From assembly GCA_012295275.1 (NCBI GenBank), contig CM022674.1, positions 7,006,001 to 7,070,000 of the forward strand: a stretch of DNA of 64,000 bases, given 5' to 3'. The notes under the pieces are model-generated. The model had not been told where the DNA came from. It ran no database searches and saw nothing but the letters and a program-made list of their open reading frames with translations. Source of the DNA: Chrysomallon squamiferum (lineage: Eukaryota; Animalia; Mollusca). Shown here piece by piece: positions 29,051 to 40,807 of the stretch. Positions within the stretch are counted from its first letter, which is position 1. Each line of letters starts with the position of its first letter. The position numbers were made by a program, and so were the translations under genes.

Positions 29051-29170
29051 CTGTGTGTGTGTCTGTGTGTGTGTGTGTCTGTCTGTGTGTGTGTGTGTGT
29101 GTGTCACTTCACTCTGTCAGAACAGCAAGAATCTTACACCTTCTAAATACAAACACGTTTTCATTAGTAT
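28297..29170. repeat. Composite tandem repeat: ~65-bp unit (tgtcacttcactctgtcagaacagcaagaatcttacaccttctaaatacaaacacgttttcattag) plus variable (TG)n, 8 units
   Basis: Units start at about 28297, 28408, 28533, 28687, 28773, 28864, 28950 and 29102. Confidence 0.95.
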
Positions 29171-29429
29171 GTGTGTATGTCTGTCTCTGTATGTGTGAGT
29201 GTGCATCTGTATGTGTAGGTTTGTGTGTGTGTGATGTGTAGGTTTGTGTGTGTGTGTAGGTTTGTGTGTGTATGTATGTGTAGGTTTGTATATCTATGTG
29301 TGTAGTTTTTGTGTGTGTGTGTGTGTGTATGTTGTAGGTTTGTGTGTGTAATTATGGCTGGTTGGATGGATGGATCTATGTCTCTGTGTGTCTTATCACT
29401 TACCACATTTTATTTTTTACTTATTAAAT

Positions 29430-29476
<47 letters not shown>

Positions 29477-29539
29477 TTTTATTTTATTTTATCATTATTT
29501 AAAATTACAAAATTATATTCGTTCTTTATAATGACTCAT

Positions 29540-29570
<31 letters not shown>

Positions 29571-30506
29571 GACAGACATTAATTTCTCTACCAAACTGAC
29601 ACATCAAGAAACCAATAATCTAATTTTGTTTATGAAGATTGGAATTTTGCCAACATTGCAATATATGTGTTATCACCAGTTACCTTTGTTTTCTTACCTG
29701 AGTTTTTTATCTGTTGTTAAACCAGGTGATACCTTTTGTTTCATCTGTTGTTATGTTACCTGAGATTTTTTGTATCAAAGTCAATGACCTGTCCAGTGTT
29801 TTAAATAACCTAAATAAATAATTCATTACTGTTGTAGATGTAGTAGTAGTAGTAGTAGTAGTAGTAGACATGATGATGGTGAAGATGATGATGATAGTAA
29901 TAATAATATATAATAATACCTTGTTGTTTTAAAAGTAATAATGATGATGATTGTTTATAATAATAAAAATTAATGATAACAATAAATAATAATAACAACA
30001 AAAACAATAATGATGATGATGATAACAACAATAAATACTACTACTACTACTAGTACTACTACTAATAATAATATTATTAATTCAAGCCAATGCATCTTTA
30101 GTGGCTTCATGTTGTTTTGAATAGCAAAAGGTTTAAAAAATTAAAAAATCACTTGCAATCAACTGTTAAGATTAATCTATTGATTATTGAGAATCACTTT
30201 CCTATTTTGTAACAGACCACACAAATACACACACTTACACACAAACAACACAGATACATACAAATACATACATACGCACGAATGCATGCACACACACACA
30301 TACTGTCTCTCTCATTCTCTCATTCTCATTCATTCTTTATCTTTGTCCACTCTGTACCATTGCCACTTTCTTTGTTCCTTTCTTCCTTTCTCTGCCTCTT
30401 TCTATCACACTCTCTCTTCTCACTGTCTGTTTCTCGTTCCTTATCATTCTTAATCTCTTTTCTCTCTCTCTCTCTCTCTCTCCATCTCTCTGTCTCTGTC
30501 TATGTG

Positions 30507-30544
<38 letters not shown>

Positions 30545-30897
30545 TCACACACTCACTCAGATTAAATCATGGTACACATTAATACACTTCACAGAACATT
30601 CTAGTCAGTTTAAAATTCTGATTGATGATTTATCAGGTGAGGCAAAACATTTACCTGGTCCACTGACCCTCACCTCTCTGTCAGCTGAGATTTCTCGTTA
30701 ATGCAGGTAGACTTTGATCTGTGACACCCAGGTGGTGTCACTGAACTTGCCCAGTACATCTGTACCATGACAGGCTTGACAGGGAAGTGATGATTTATTT
30801 AACATCTGATTCATTTTTAGTCTACAGTTATACAACATTCATGTGTCTACAGTTAACAACATTATACATCTGTCTACAGTAACATGAAATCACATGT

Positions 30898-31078
30898 ATA
30901 TGACATCATACATGTACCTAGAGTTATATGACATGTGTCAAAGTAATATGACATCCATATTATAAAGTTACTATTACTACAACTACATATATATGACATC
31001 ATACAGGTACCTACAGTTATATGACATGTGTCAAAGTAATATGACATCATATTATAAAGTTACTATTACTACAACTAC
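30898..31078. repeat. Two-copy ~93-bp tandem duplication
   Basis: atatgacatcatac...gttatatgacatgtgtcaaagtaatatgacatc...ataaagttactattactacaactac occurs twice. Confidence 0.88.
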
Positions 31079-31460
31079 TGTAACTGCTATTATTATAATA
31101 GTTACTATTATTACTACTGTTACTATTATTACTACTACTGTTAATGCTATTACTATTCTGTTACTACTACTACTACTACTACTGATATTACTACTATCAC
31201 TACTACTACTATTACTACTTTTACAACTGTTCTTATTAAAATTATTATTACAAAATTATTATTATCACATTACAAAAAACCTGTTATCACAAAAATCTCA
31301 TTACAAACTGTGAATCTTGAAAACTTCAAACAACCATGTGTTGTTGCTATGGTGACAACAGACAGGTGTGTCATACTGCATTTGACCACACCTGGATTTT
31401 ACTTCCCTGTATGAGCTACTTTATAAATAATCTGCTTTTGTTATTCAGATGCACCCCATG

Positions 31461-31519
<59 letters not shown>

Positions 31520-31869
31520 TTTTTGTGTTTTGTGTTTGGTGTTTGTGATCTGACAAATAATAACTGTCAGGCAGAATTAAGAAATGTGCTAAAATGAATG
31601 GAGAGATAACCTCGAGGTGGTCCTATATATGTACATACACATATACACCTGCCCATATATATATATATATATATATATACACCCATAGATATATACATAT
31701 ATAGATACATATACAAAAGGTAATTTCTTGTGTGTATGTTTTTTATGTTTATGCTGTTTCTATTTTTGTATATCTGTGTGTGTGTGTGTGTGTGTGTGTT
31801 TGAGAGAGACAGTACCTATGAGTTCCTGTACATTGGTGTGTTTTTGTACACCTGTGTACACAGATGTAT

Positions 31870-31936
<67 letters not shown>

Positions 31937-32638
31937 TACATACATACATAGAAACACATACCACATTAAAACATGCATGCACATGCACACATCTGCAAAA
32001 TTAAAATTACAAAGAACACAAACATGTCACCTCTTTCTTTATCCCATCTTATTTTATTATCATTATTACTCATTTTTTAATGAAGAAGAAAGTCGAACAC
32101 CTGACATGAACCTTGACAGTCAGTTTTTGTTTTTAACGTGTAATGTGTAATGTTCTTCATGTGTTGTTTCTGTGTACAAAAGCTTTCTGGACGCATCTAC
32201 CTGTCACCAGAAAAATCTCGTTAATCCATTAACACTCTGCCCAGTACTATCAGATTACACCTGTCAGCTCTCTTGGATTAGCAGCAGATAATCACATAAA
32301 TCTTGTGTCTCATTTAGCTTGAGTTTTAAGCTGCGTATTTTGTTCATGGCTAATTGAGTACTGCATGTGTTTTCTGGTGTCATTAGCAGTTGTTTTGTGT
32401 TTTTTTGTGTTTTTTCTAAATGCATTTGTTGACCTGTGTGAGATACTTTGATCTGATGTATAATATTCGTATGGATGTTTTTTTATTTTTATTTTTGGTG
32501 ATGAGTTTTATCTTAATATCATTGTTAATTTTTTTTTCAGTTGCTTTATTTGTAATATTTGGTTTTTTGAGAGAGGTTTTTATTATTTCTTTGTACAAAT
32601 GTATATGTGTGTGCACACACACACCACACACACACAAA

Positions 32639-32693
<55 letters not shown>

Positions 32694-33886
32694 CCCTGCC
32701 CTCAAATCAAACATAATAATACAACTATATAGGCCTGTAGAAAATCAGGTGCAGAAATGTTTATGTGTTTACACATAGATACACATATACAAAACCCTCA
32801 TGAAAAAGAACAAGATATAAAAGAATAACTGTATACTTACAAAGATGTGCTATATTTATACACTTTCGCTCACATAAATAAACATGAATCATAATATAAA
32901 CATAAATTTATATATATAGTAAATAAAAACTGACGTAATTCTAATGTGTGTGTGTGTGTATACATACACACACACACAATTAAAACAATAAAAACAATAA
33001 ATGACACATGCTGTTATGTCATGTGAAGAATTAACAACAAAAACAATCGTTTACTAAACAAAACCATTTGTTTTCACAAGCCCTCATTAATCAGAGTGAT
33101 TTCAAAAATATCTTTAATTACATTATCTAATTAATGCAGTTATTTGAATTAAATACACCAAACCCTTTAGCCAGATCTTTTCTTTTTTTTTTTTTTTTTT
33201 TTTAATTATGGAATAGTTAATCCCTAAGTGGATTATCATTCTAATCCACTGAAGCAGGATATTTCATCCCATATGAATGGATTTGTACGAATATCATGGG
33301 TGTTAGTATGAATATCGATCAAGAAACAACCCCCCTCCTGACACTTATGTTGGTCCCTCAACTATTAACCCACCTTGGTGTATGGGTGGGTGGGTGTGGT
33401 GGGGTGTCCCCATGGAGAGTTTATGAGAAATTGTTTCATTTAGAAAGTGACAAGTAGTTGTTGTCACTTTCAGCTGTGACTGCGCTGCAGTCGGAAGTCC
33501 TTGCTTGTCTCAGACCAAGTGGTCACACTAATGGCCAGTGTGTGTGTGATGGACACTGGCCACAGATGCTGGTAACAGACAGCTGCCAGCACGGGCAACC
33601 CACCCAGGGGGAAAAGAAAGTGGACTGAAGGACGTGTGAATTATGTAAATTAGACCTAGGTCAAACTGGACATCACACAGTGTTGTGTGACAGAATGCTA
33701 ATAATAATAAATAATAGAAATAACAGAATGTATAATAATAATAATAAATAATAGAAATAATAATTATAGAAATAATAATAATAATATCTCTGTGTGTGTT
33801 TGTATAATAATAATAATAAATAATAGAAATAATAATTATAGAAATAATAATAATAATAAAGATAATAATAATAACAAAGATAGAAC

Positions 33887-33919
<33 letters not shown>

Positions 33920-34619
33920 GAAATTATAGAAATAATAATAATAATATCTCTGTGTGTGTTTGTGTCTATAATAATAATAATAAATAATAGAAATAATAAT
34001 TATAGAAATAATAATAATAATAACCAATGTATAATAATAATAATAAAATAGAAATAATAATAGAAATAATAATAGCAAAATAATAATAATAATAACAGAA
34101 TTTTAATAGTAGTTGTAGTAAAACATTAATAATGGAAATAATAATGATAATAATAATATTAATAATGGTAAGAGAGTTTTAGTTGTTGTAGTAAAACAGT
34201 ATAGAAATAAATAGTAATAACAACAAGTAATAAAATAGTAGTAGTAATAGTAAGTGGTTGTAGTAGTTTAAATAGTAGTAATAACTGTAAATTAATAATA
34301 ATGAAATATTGGTTATATTTGTGTTAATTTGTTGTAGTAGCCATAGTAGTGGTAGTTGTAATAGAAATAGAAATAGTACTGACAATAGCAGTAGTAGTGG
34401 TAGTGGTTGTGATGATAATAGTAGTGGTGATGGTACAAGTTTTAATAGTAATACCATGGATAGTAATAAATAAATAAATAAATAAATATATTAATTAAAA
34501 GCTCAATAATGATATAAATAATAAACTGAAATCATCATTCTAACAAACTGATATAAATTTTTGAAAAATAAACTTTTCTTTCGAAGTGACCAGCATTTCT
34601 ACATTAAAACTAGACAGCC

Positions 34620-34915
34620 ATAATTCTGTTCCCGCCACTTTTCTCGACAGCAAAGACGAGTTTAATAAATGCTGTGTTTACATGACGACTCATCTTCAGA
34701 AAGACAATAACCTGATGAAGAGACTTTCGTTTCCTATTCAGACTTTTGACACTGTTGCCGCTATCCCCATCTGTTGTCAGTATCAAGAGCAGATGTCACA
34801 CACTTCCGGGTTGCTAGGCTCCAGACTCTAAGCCAATCAGAAGACAGAGGCTTGAAAGTTAGCACTTCCTTTTTGTACCAGTGACGGAAGTGGTCCTGTT
34901 ATGATAGAAGTGAGT
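34620..34915 (+). promoter_or_regulatory. Candidate internal promoter or enhancer (ETS x3, NF-Y CCAAT, partial X-box) followed by a GTGAGT donor
   Basis: Motifs seen: ACTTCCGG 34802, GTTGCTAGGC 34810, AGCCAATCAG 34831, CACTTCC 34863, CGGAAGTG 34885, GTGAGT 34910. CpG is retained locally. Confidence 0.4.
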
Positions 34916-34964
34916 GTGTGTGTGTGTGTGAATATGTGTGTCCGAGGTTGTGAGTGAATGGGTA

Positions 34965-35810
34965 TGTTCAAATACACACTGTGTGAACGTGTTCAAATAC
35001 ACACTGTGTGAAAGTGTTCAAATACACACTGTGTGAAAGTGTTCAAATACACACTGTGTGAAAATGTTCAAATACAGTGTGTGAATGTGTTCAAATACAC
35101 ACTGTGTGAAAGTGTTCAAATACACAGTGTGAAAGTGTATGTTCAAATACACACTGTGAAAGTGTGTTCAAATACACACTGAAAGTGTTCAAATACACAT
35201 GTTTGTTCAAATAGAATGTGAACATGTTCACATTTTTGTGTGAATGTGGGTTCCTGCTTGTGTGTGAACATGGGTTCATGTTTGTGTGTGAATGTATATG
35301 TTCATGTTTGTCTGTGAACATGGGTGTTTATGTTTGTATGTGAACTTATGTGTTTATGTTTGTATATGAACATGTATGTTTATGTTTGTGTGTGAACATG
35401 TCTATTGTTGTTTGTGTGAATATGTGTTTATGTTTGTGTATGAACATATGTTCATGTTTGAGTGTGAACATGTCTATTGTTTGTATGTGAACATGTGTGT
35501 TTATGTTTGTATATGAACATGTGTGTTCATGTTTGTGTGTGAACATGTGTGTTGTTTGTATGTGAACATGTCTGTTGTTGTTTGTATGTGAACATGTGTG
35601 TTCATGTTTGTGTGTGAACATGTATATTTATATTTGTGTGTGAACATGGGTGTTTATGTTTGTGTGAATATGTGTTTAAATTTGTATATGAACCTATGTT
35701 CATGTTTGAATATGAACATGTGGGTTTATGTTTGAATATGAACATGTATGTTCATGTTTGTGTATGAACATATGTGTTCATGTTTGTGTATGAACATATG
35801 TGTTCTTGCT
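34965..35810. repeat. Two abutting minisatellites: 25-bp gtgttcaaatacacactgtgtgaaa, then ~24-bp tgtgtgaacatgtgtgttcatgtt
   Basis: A 25-bp period is seen at 34989, 35014 and 35039. The second family runs from ~35215 and contains the internal inverted repeat TGAACA-n4-TGTTCA. Confidence 0.9.
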
Positions 35811-36899
35811 TGCACTGGATGGAGTGGTGACTGTCACTGAAACAGACATATCTGACATCCCATAATGACTGTTACTAAACCGTGTGAGGTAATCCTACAG
35901 AAATAATCACACCCAACACTCCACCCTGGATTAAATGTGGAGCTGGAACAAAAGTGCACAGCCTTTTTAAAATGAAATTCAAAGTCACTGATTAGATATC
36001 TGTACATTTATTCAACCACGCATGTTGAATTGTCTCCATGTTTCAGAACATGTATGTATGTCACATAGTTCATGTGAGATGAAAAATAGAGGTGACCTGT
36101 TCTAAAACACTACAACGTTTTATTCCAACCCATTATTTTCTATACCTTCACCATACTCCTGTCTATAAGATGTGTTGTTATTAATATTACTACTACTACT
36201 ATTTTTACTGCTACTGTGATGATTGCTGTAACTTCTGCTACTAATACTGCTATTTCTACTATTGTTGTTACTATGACTACTATTGTTATTACTATTACTA
36301 CTATTGTTGTTACTATGACTACTATTGTTATTACTATTACTACTATTGCTGCTACTTCTGCAACAATTACAACAATTGTTATTTACTACCGCTACTACTA
36401 CTACTACTACTACTACTGTTACTACTACCACTACTACTACCACTACTACCACCAATACTACCATTCCTGCTGCTGCTGTTACTACTACTACCACTAGAAT
36501 ACTACTATTATTTCTGCTGCTGCTACTACTAGTGGTTTTTTTTTTAATTATTCAACATCACCCATTACATCACCCATTACATCACCAGCCGTTACTTCAG
36601 TCATCTTCTCACCCTCTTTCAATCACCCTGTCCACCCTCAGACCCTGGTTTCAACTCTACCAGTCGTGTCCATTCCTGCCTTCGGAGGTAAATATTATTG
36701 TTTACAAACAAAAGTGAACTTGCAGAAAAGGTCGTGGCCTGATCACTAGATTGTGTATCTAACTCGCAGTTCCTCTGCATGTGCCAAGACCAGAATAGAC
36801 GGAACCTGTCTGATTGCAGCCAAATCGATATTACACTGTGACTGGTGAGTGGCAGTGTTGGTAAACAAACCCACATGTTTCCAGTCGCAGTTGTAGCCG

Positions 36900-39765
36900 T
36901 TTGATAGTTTCGTGTTGTGTGTTTTATGTACAGTGTGTACAGTGCTGTGTTATGTACTGTGTGTGTACATTTAATAGTTTCATGTTGTGTTTTATGTACA
37001 GTGCTGTGTTATGTACTGAGTGTGTACGTTTGATAGTTTTGTGTTGTGTTTTATGTACAGTGTGTAGAGTGCTGTGTTATGTACTGTGTGTGTACATTTA
37101 ATAGTTTCATGTTGTGTTTTATGTACAGTGCTGTGTTATGTACTGAGTGTGTACGTTTAATAGTTTTGTGTTGTGTTTTATGTACAGTGCTGTGTTATGT
37201 ACTGAGTGTGTACGTTTAATAGTTTCATGTTGTGTTTTATGTACAGTGCTGTGTTATGTACTGAGTGTGTACGTTTAATAGTTTCATGTTTGATAGTGCT
37301 TTTGTACGCGTTTGATAGTTTTGTTTGTCGTGTTTTATGTACAGCGTGTACAGTGCTGAATTATGTACTGAGTGTGTACGTTTAATAGTTTTGTGTTGTG
37401 TTTTATGTACAGCGTGTAGAGTGCTGTGTTATGTACTGAGTGTGTATGTTTAATAGTTTTGTGTTGTGTTTTATGTACAGCGTGTACAGTGCTGAATTAT
37501 GTACTGAGTGTGTACGTTTAATAGTTTTGTGTTGTGTTTTATGTACAGCGTGTAGAGTGCTGTGTTATGTACTGAGTGTGTACGTTTAATAGTTTCATGT
37601 TGAGTTTTATGTACAGTGCTGTGTTATGTACTGAGTGTGTAGGTTTAATAGTTTTGTGTTGTGTTTTATGTACAGTGCTGTGTTATGTACTGAGTGTGTA
37701 GGTTTAATAGTTTTGTGTTGTGTTTTATGTACAGTGCTGTGTTATGTACTGAGTGTGTACGTTTAATAGTTTCGTGTTGTGTGCTTTATGTACAGTGCTG
37801 TGTTATGTACAGTGCACGTTTAATAGTTTTATGTATTGTGCTGTGTTATGTATTTGATAGTTTTTAGTTTTGTGTTGTTTTATGTACAGCGTGTACAGTG
37901 CTGAATTATGTACTGAGTGTGTACGTTTAATAGTTTTGTGTTGTGTTTTATGTACAGCGTGTAGAGTGCTGTGTTATGTACTGAGTGTGTACGTTTAATA
38001 GTTTCGTGTTGTGTTTTATGTAGAGTGCTGTGTTATGTACTGAGTGCTGTGTTTGTGTGCTTTATGTACAGTGAGTTATGTACTGAGTGTGTACGTTTAA
38101 TAGTTTTGTGTTGTGCAGTGTTATGTTTATGTGTAATTTAACAGTGTTGTGTTTTATGTACTGTAGTGCTGTGTTATGTACTGAGTGTGTATGTTTAATA
38201 GTTTTGTGTTGTGTTTTTTATGTACAGTGCAGTGTTATGTATTGAGTGTGTATGTTTAATAGTTTTTTTGTGTGTGTGTTTTATGTACTGAGTGTGTATG
38301 TTTAATAGTTTTGTGTGTTTTATGTACAGCATGTGTGAATTATGTTTAATGTCGCGTTTGATAGTTTTGTGTTGGGTTTTATGTACAGCATGTAGAGTGC
38401 TGTGTTATGTACTGAGTGTGTACGTTTAATAGTTTTGTGTTGTGTTTTATGTACAGTGCTGTGTTATGTACTGAGTGTGTACGTTTGATAGTTTTGTGTT
38501 GGGTTTTATGTACAGCGTGTAGAGTGCTGAATTATGTACTGAGTGTGTACGTTTAATAGTTTTGGTGTTTTTGTACAGTTTTTATGTGTTTAATAGTTTC
38601 ATGTTGAGTTTTATGTACAGTGCTGTGTTATGTACTGAGTGTGTACGTTTAATAGTTTTGTGTTGTGTTTTATGTACAGCGTGTAGAGTGCTGTGTTATG
38701 TACTGAGTGTGTACGTTTAATAGTTTTGTGTTGTGTTTTATGTACAGCATGTAGAGTGCTGTGTTATGTACTGAGTGTGTATGTTTAATAGTTTTGTGTT
38801 GTGTTTTATGTACAGTGCTGTGTTATGTACTGAGTGTGTACGTTTAATAGTTTTGTGTTGTTTTTTTTTGTGTAGAGTGCTGTTGAGTGTACGTTTTAGT
38901 TTCATGTTGAGTTTTATGTACAGTGCTGTGTTATGTACTGAGTGTGTAGGTTTAATAGTTTTGTGTTGTGTTTTGTGTACAGTGCTGTGTTTAATAGTTT
39001 TAATATGTTGTGTTTTATGTACAGTGCTGTGTTATGTACTGAGTGTGTACGTTTAATAGTTTATGTGTTGTGTGCTTTATGTACAGTGCTGTGTTATGTA
39101 CTGAGTGTGTGCGTTTAATAGTTTTGTGTACAGTGTGTTTATGTACAGTACGTTTGATAGAGTGTTGTGTGTTATGTACAGTGCTGAATTATGTACTGAG
39201 TGTATGTTTAATAGTTTTGTGTTGTGTTTTTATGTACAGCATGTAGAGTGCTGTGTTATGTACTGAGTGCACGTTTAATAGTTTAATAGTTTTGTGTTGT
39301 GTTTTATGTACAGTGCTGTGTTATGTTTAATAGTTTTGTGTTGTGTTTTATGTACAGTGCTGTGTTATGTACTGAGTGTGTACGTTTAATAGTTTTGTGT
39401 TGTGTTTTATGTACAGCATGTACAGTGCTGTGTTATGTACTGAGTGTGTACGTTTAATAGTTTTGTGTTGTGTTTTATGTACAGCGTGTAGAGTGCTGTG
39501 TTATGTACTGAGTGTGTATGTTTAATAGTTTTGTGTTGTGTTTTATGTACAGCATGTAGAGTGCTGTGTTATGTACTGAGTGTGTACGTTTAATAGTTTT
39601 GTGTTGTGTTTTATGTACAGTGCTGTGTTATGTACTGAGTGTGTACGTTTGATAGTTTTGTGTTGTGTTTTATGTACAGTTTTGTGTTTGGGTTTAATAG
39701 TTTAGGTGTTGTGTTTTATGTACAGCGTGTAGAGTGCTGTGTTATGTACTGAGTGTGTACGTTTT
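36900..39765. repeat. 59-bp minisatellite (gtttaatagttttgtgttgtgttttatgtacagtgctgtgttatgtactgagtgtgtac) with a 68-bp variant (+cgtgtagag), ~45 units
   Basis: The period is 59 (e.g. 37155 to 37214). The 9-bp insertion variant is interspersed, and several units are scrambled. Confidence 0.96.
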
Positions 39766-39832
39766 CTGAGTTTACAGTGTGTTAATTAATATGTGTGTTT
39801 ACATCTTGATTTTAATCACATCTGATGTCTTT

Positions 39833-39869
<37 letters not shown>

Positions 39870-40775
39870 CGTACATGTGTATGTATTATGTGTGTGCCTA
39901 TGTATTTCTGTGTGTGTGTGTGTGTGGGTGTGTTTGTGGGTGATTGTATACACATACACACATACACACACACATATATACATGTGTATGTATTACGTGT
40001 GTGCCTATGTATATGTGGGTGATTGTACACACATACACACACACACACACACACATATATATGTATTATGTGTGTGCCTATGTATTTGCGTGTGTGGGTG
40101 TGTTTGTAGATATATATATATTTAATTACATATGAATATGTCTCTATAATATTGCTTTATATATATGTGTGTGTGTGTGTGGCTGTGGGTTGACATAATG
40201 TCTATGTGACTTGAAACATTTCAAATTTGTTGTGCAAATGTATACTAACTGAAAAAAAAAAGACAGATATACCAAACTGTGACTTTCATGTTAGTGAAGA
40301 TAATGTGAGTACACCTCTTTTCCTTTCTTTCAGAATTAAAATTACTTTTTAAAAATTTAATAATTCTATCCACCAGCATTTAAATCATGAAATCATAAAA
40401 TTTCATCTGCGCGAGAAAGTAATATTAAAGAATTAGGCAACTAATTTAATTTAATTGAAATTTATTTAATAATTAATTAATCAATCAATCTATTTGGTTG
40501 TTGTTATTGTTGTTGTTGTTATTATGAAATGATTTGTGTTTCGGGTTGCTATTTTCTCTGCGTAGTAACTTCCGCATGACTGCGATTTGCCCGTAACCTT
40601 GAATGGCTACAGTACTTAGTGGTTGTAATCCGTGTGTTTGTTTCACGATGGTTATTACTGCAATATGTCGCTGCCAAAAAGGTCAACAAATTTCCCATGA
40701 AGAAGGACACAAGTTTGCCTATTAGGAATAAATTGTGTATCAGAATAATAATAATTTCTTTCACTCTCTCTCTCA

Positions 40776-40807
<32 letters not shown>

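Noticed and set aside
14290-29170. CRISPR-like appearance of the constant-unit arrays
   Set aside because: The intervening sequences are simple repeats or near-identical, not unique spacers. There are no cas genes and the context is eukaryotic.
36850-36872. TGGCAGTG (miR-34-like seed); also TGAGATCA (bantam-like seed) at ~55885
   Set aside because: Only the seed matches. The rest of the mature sequence differs and there is no precursor hairpin.
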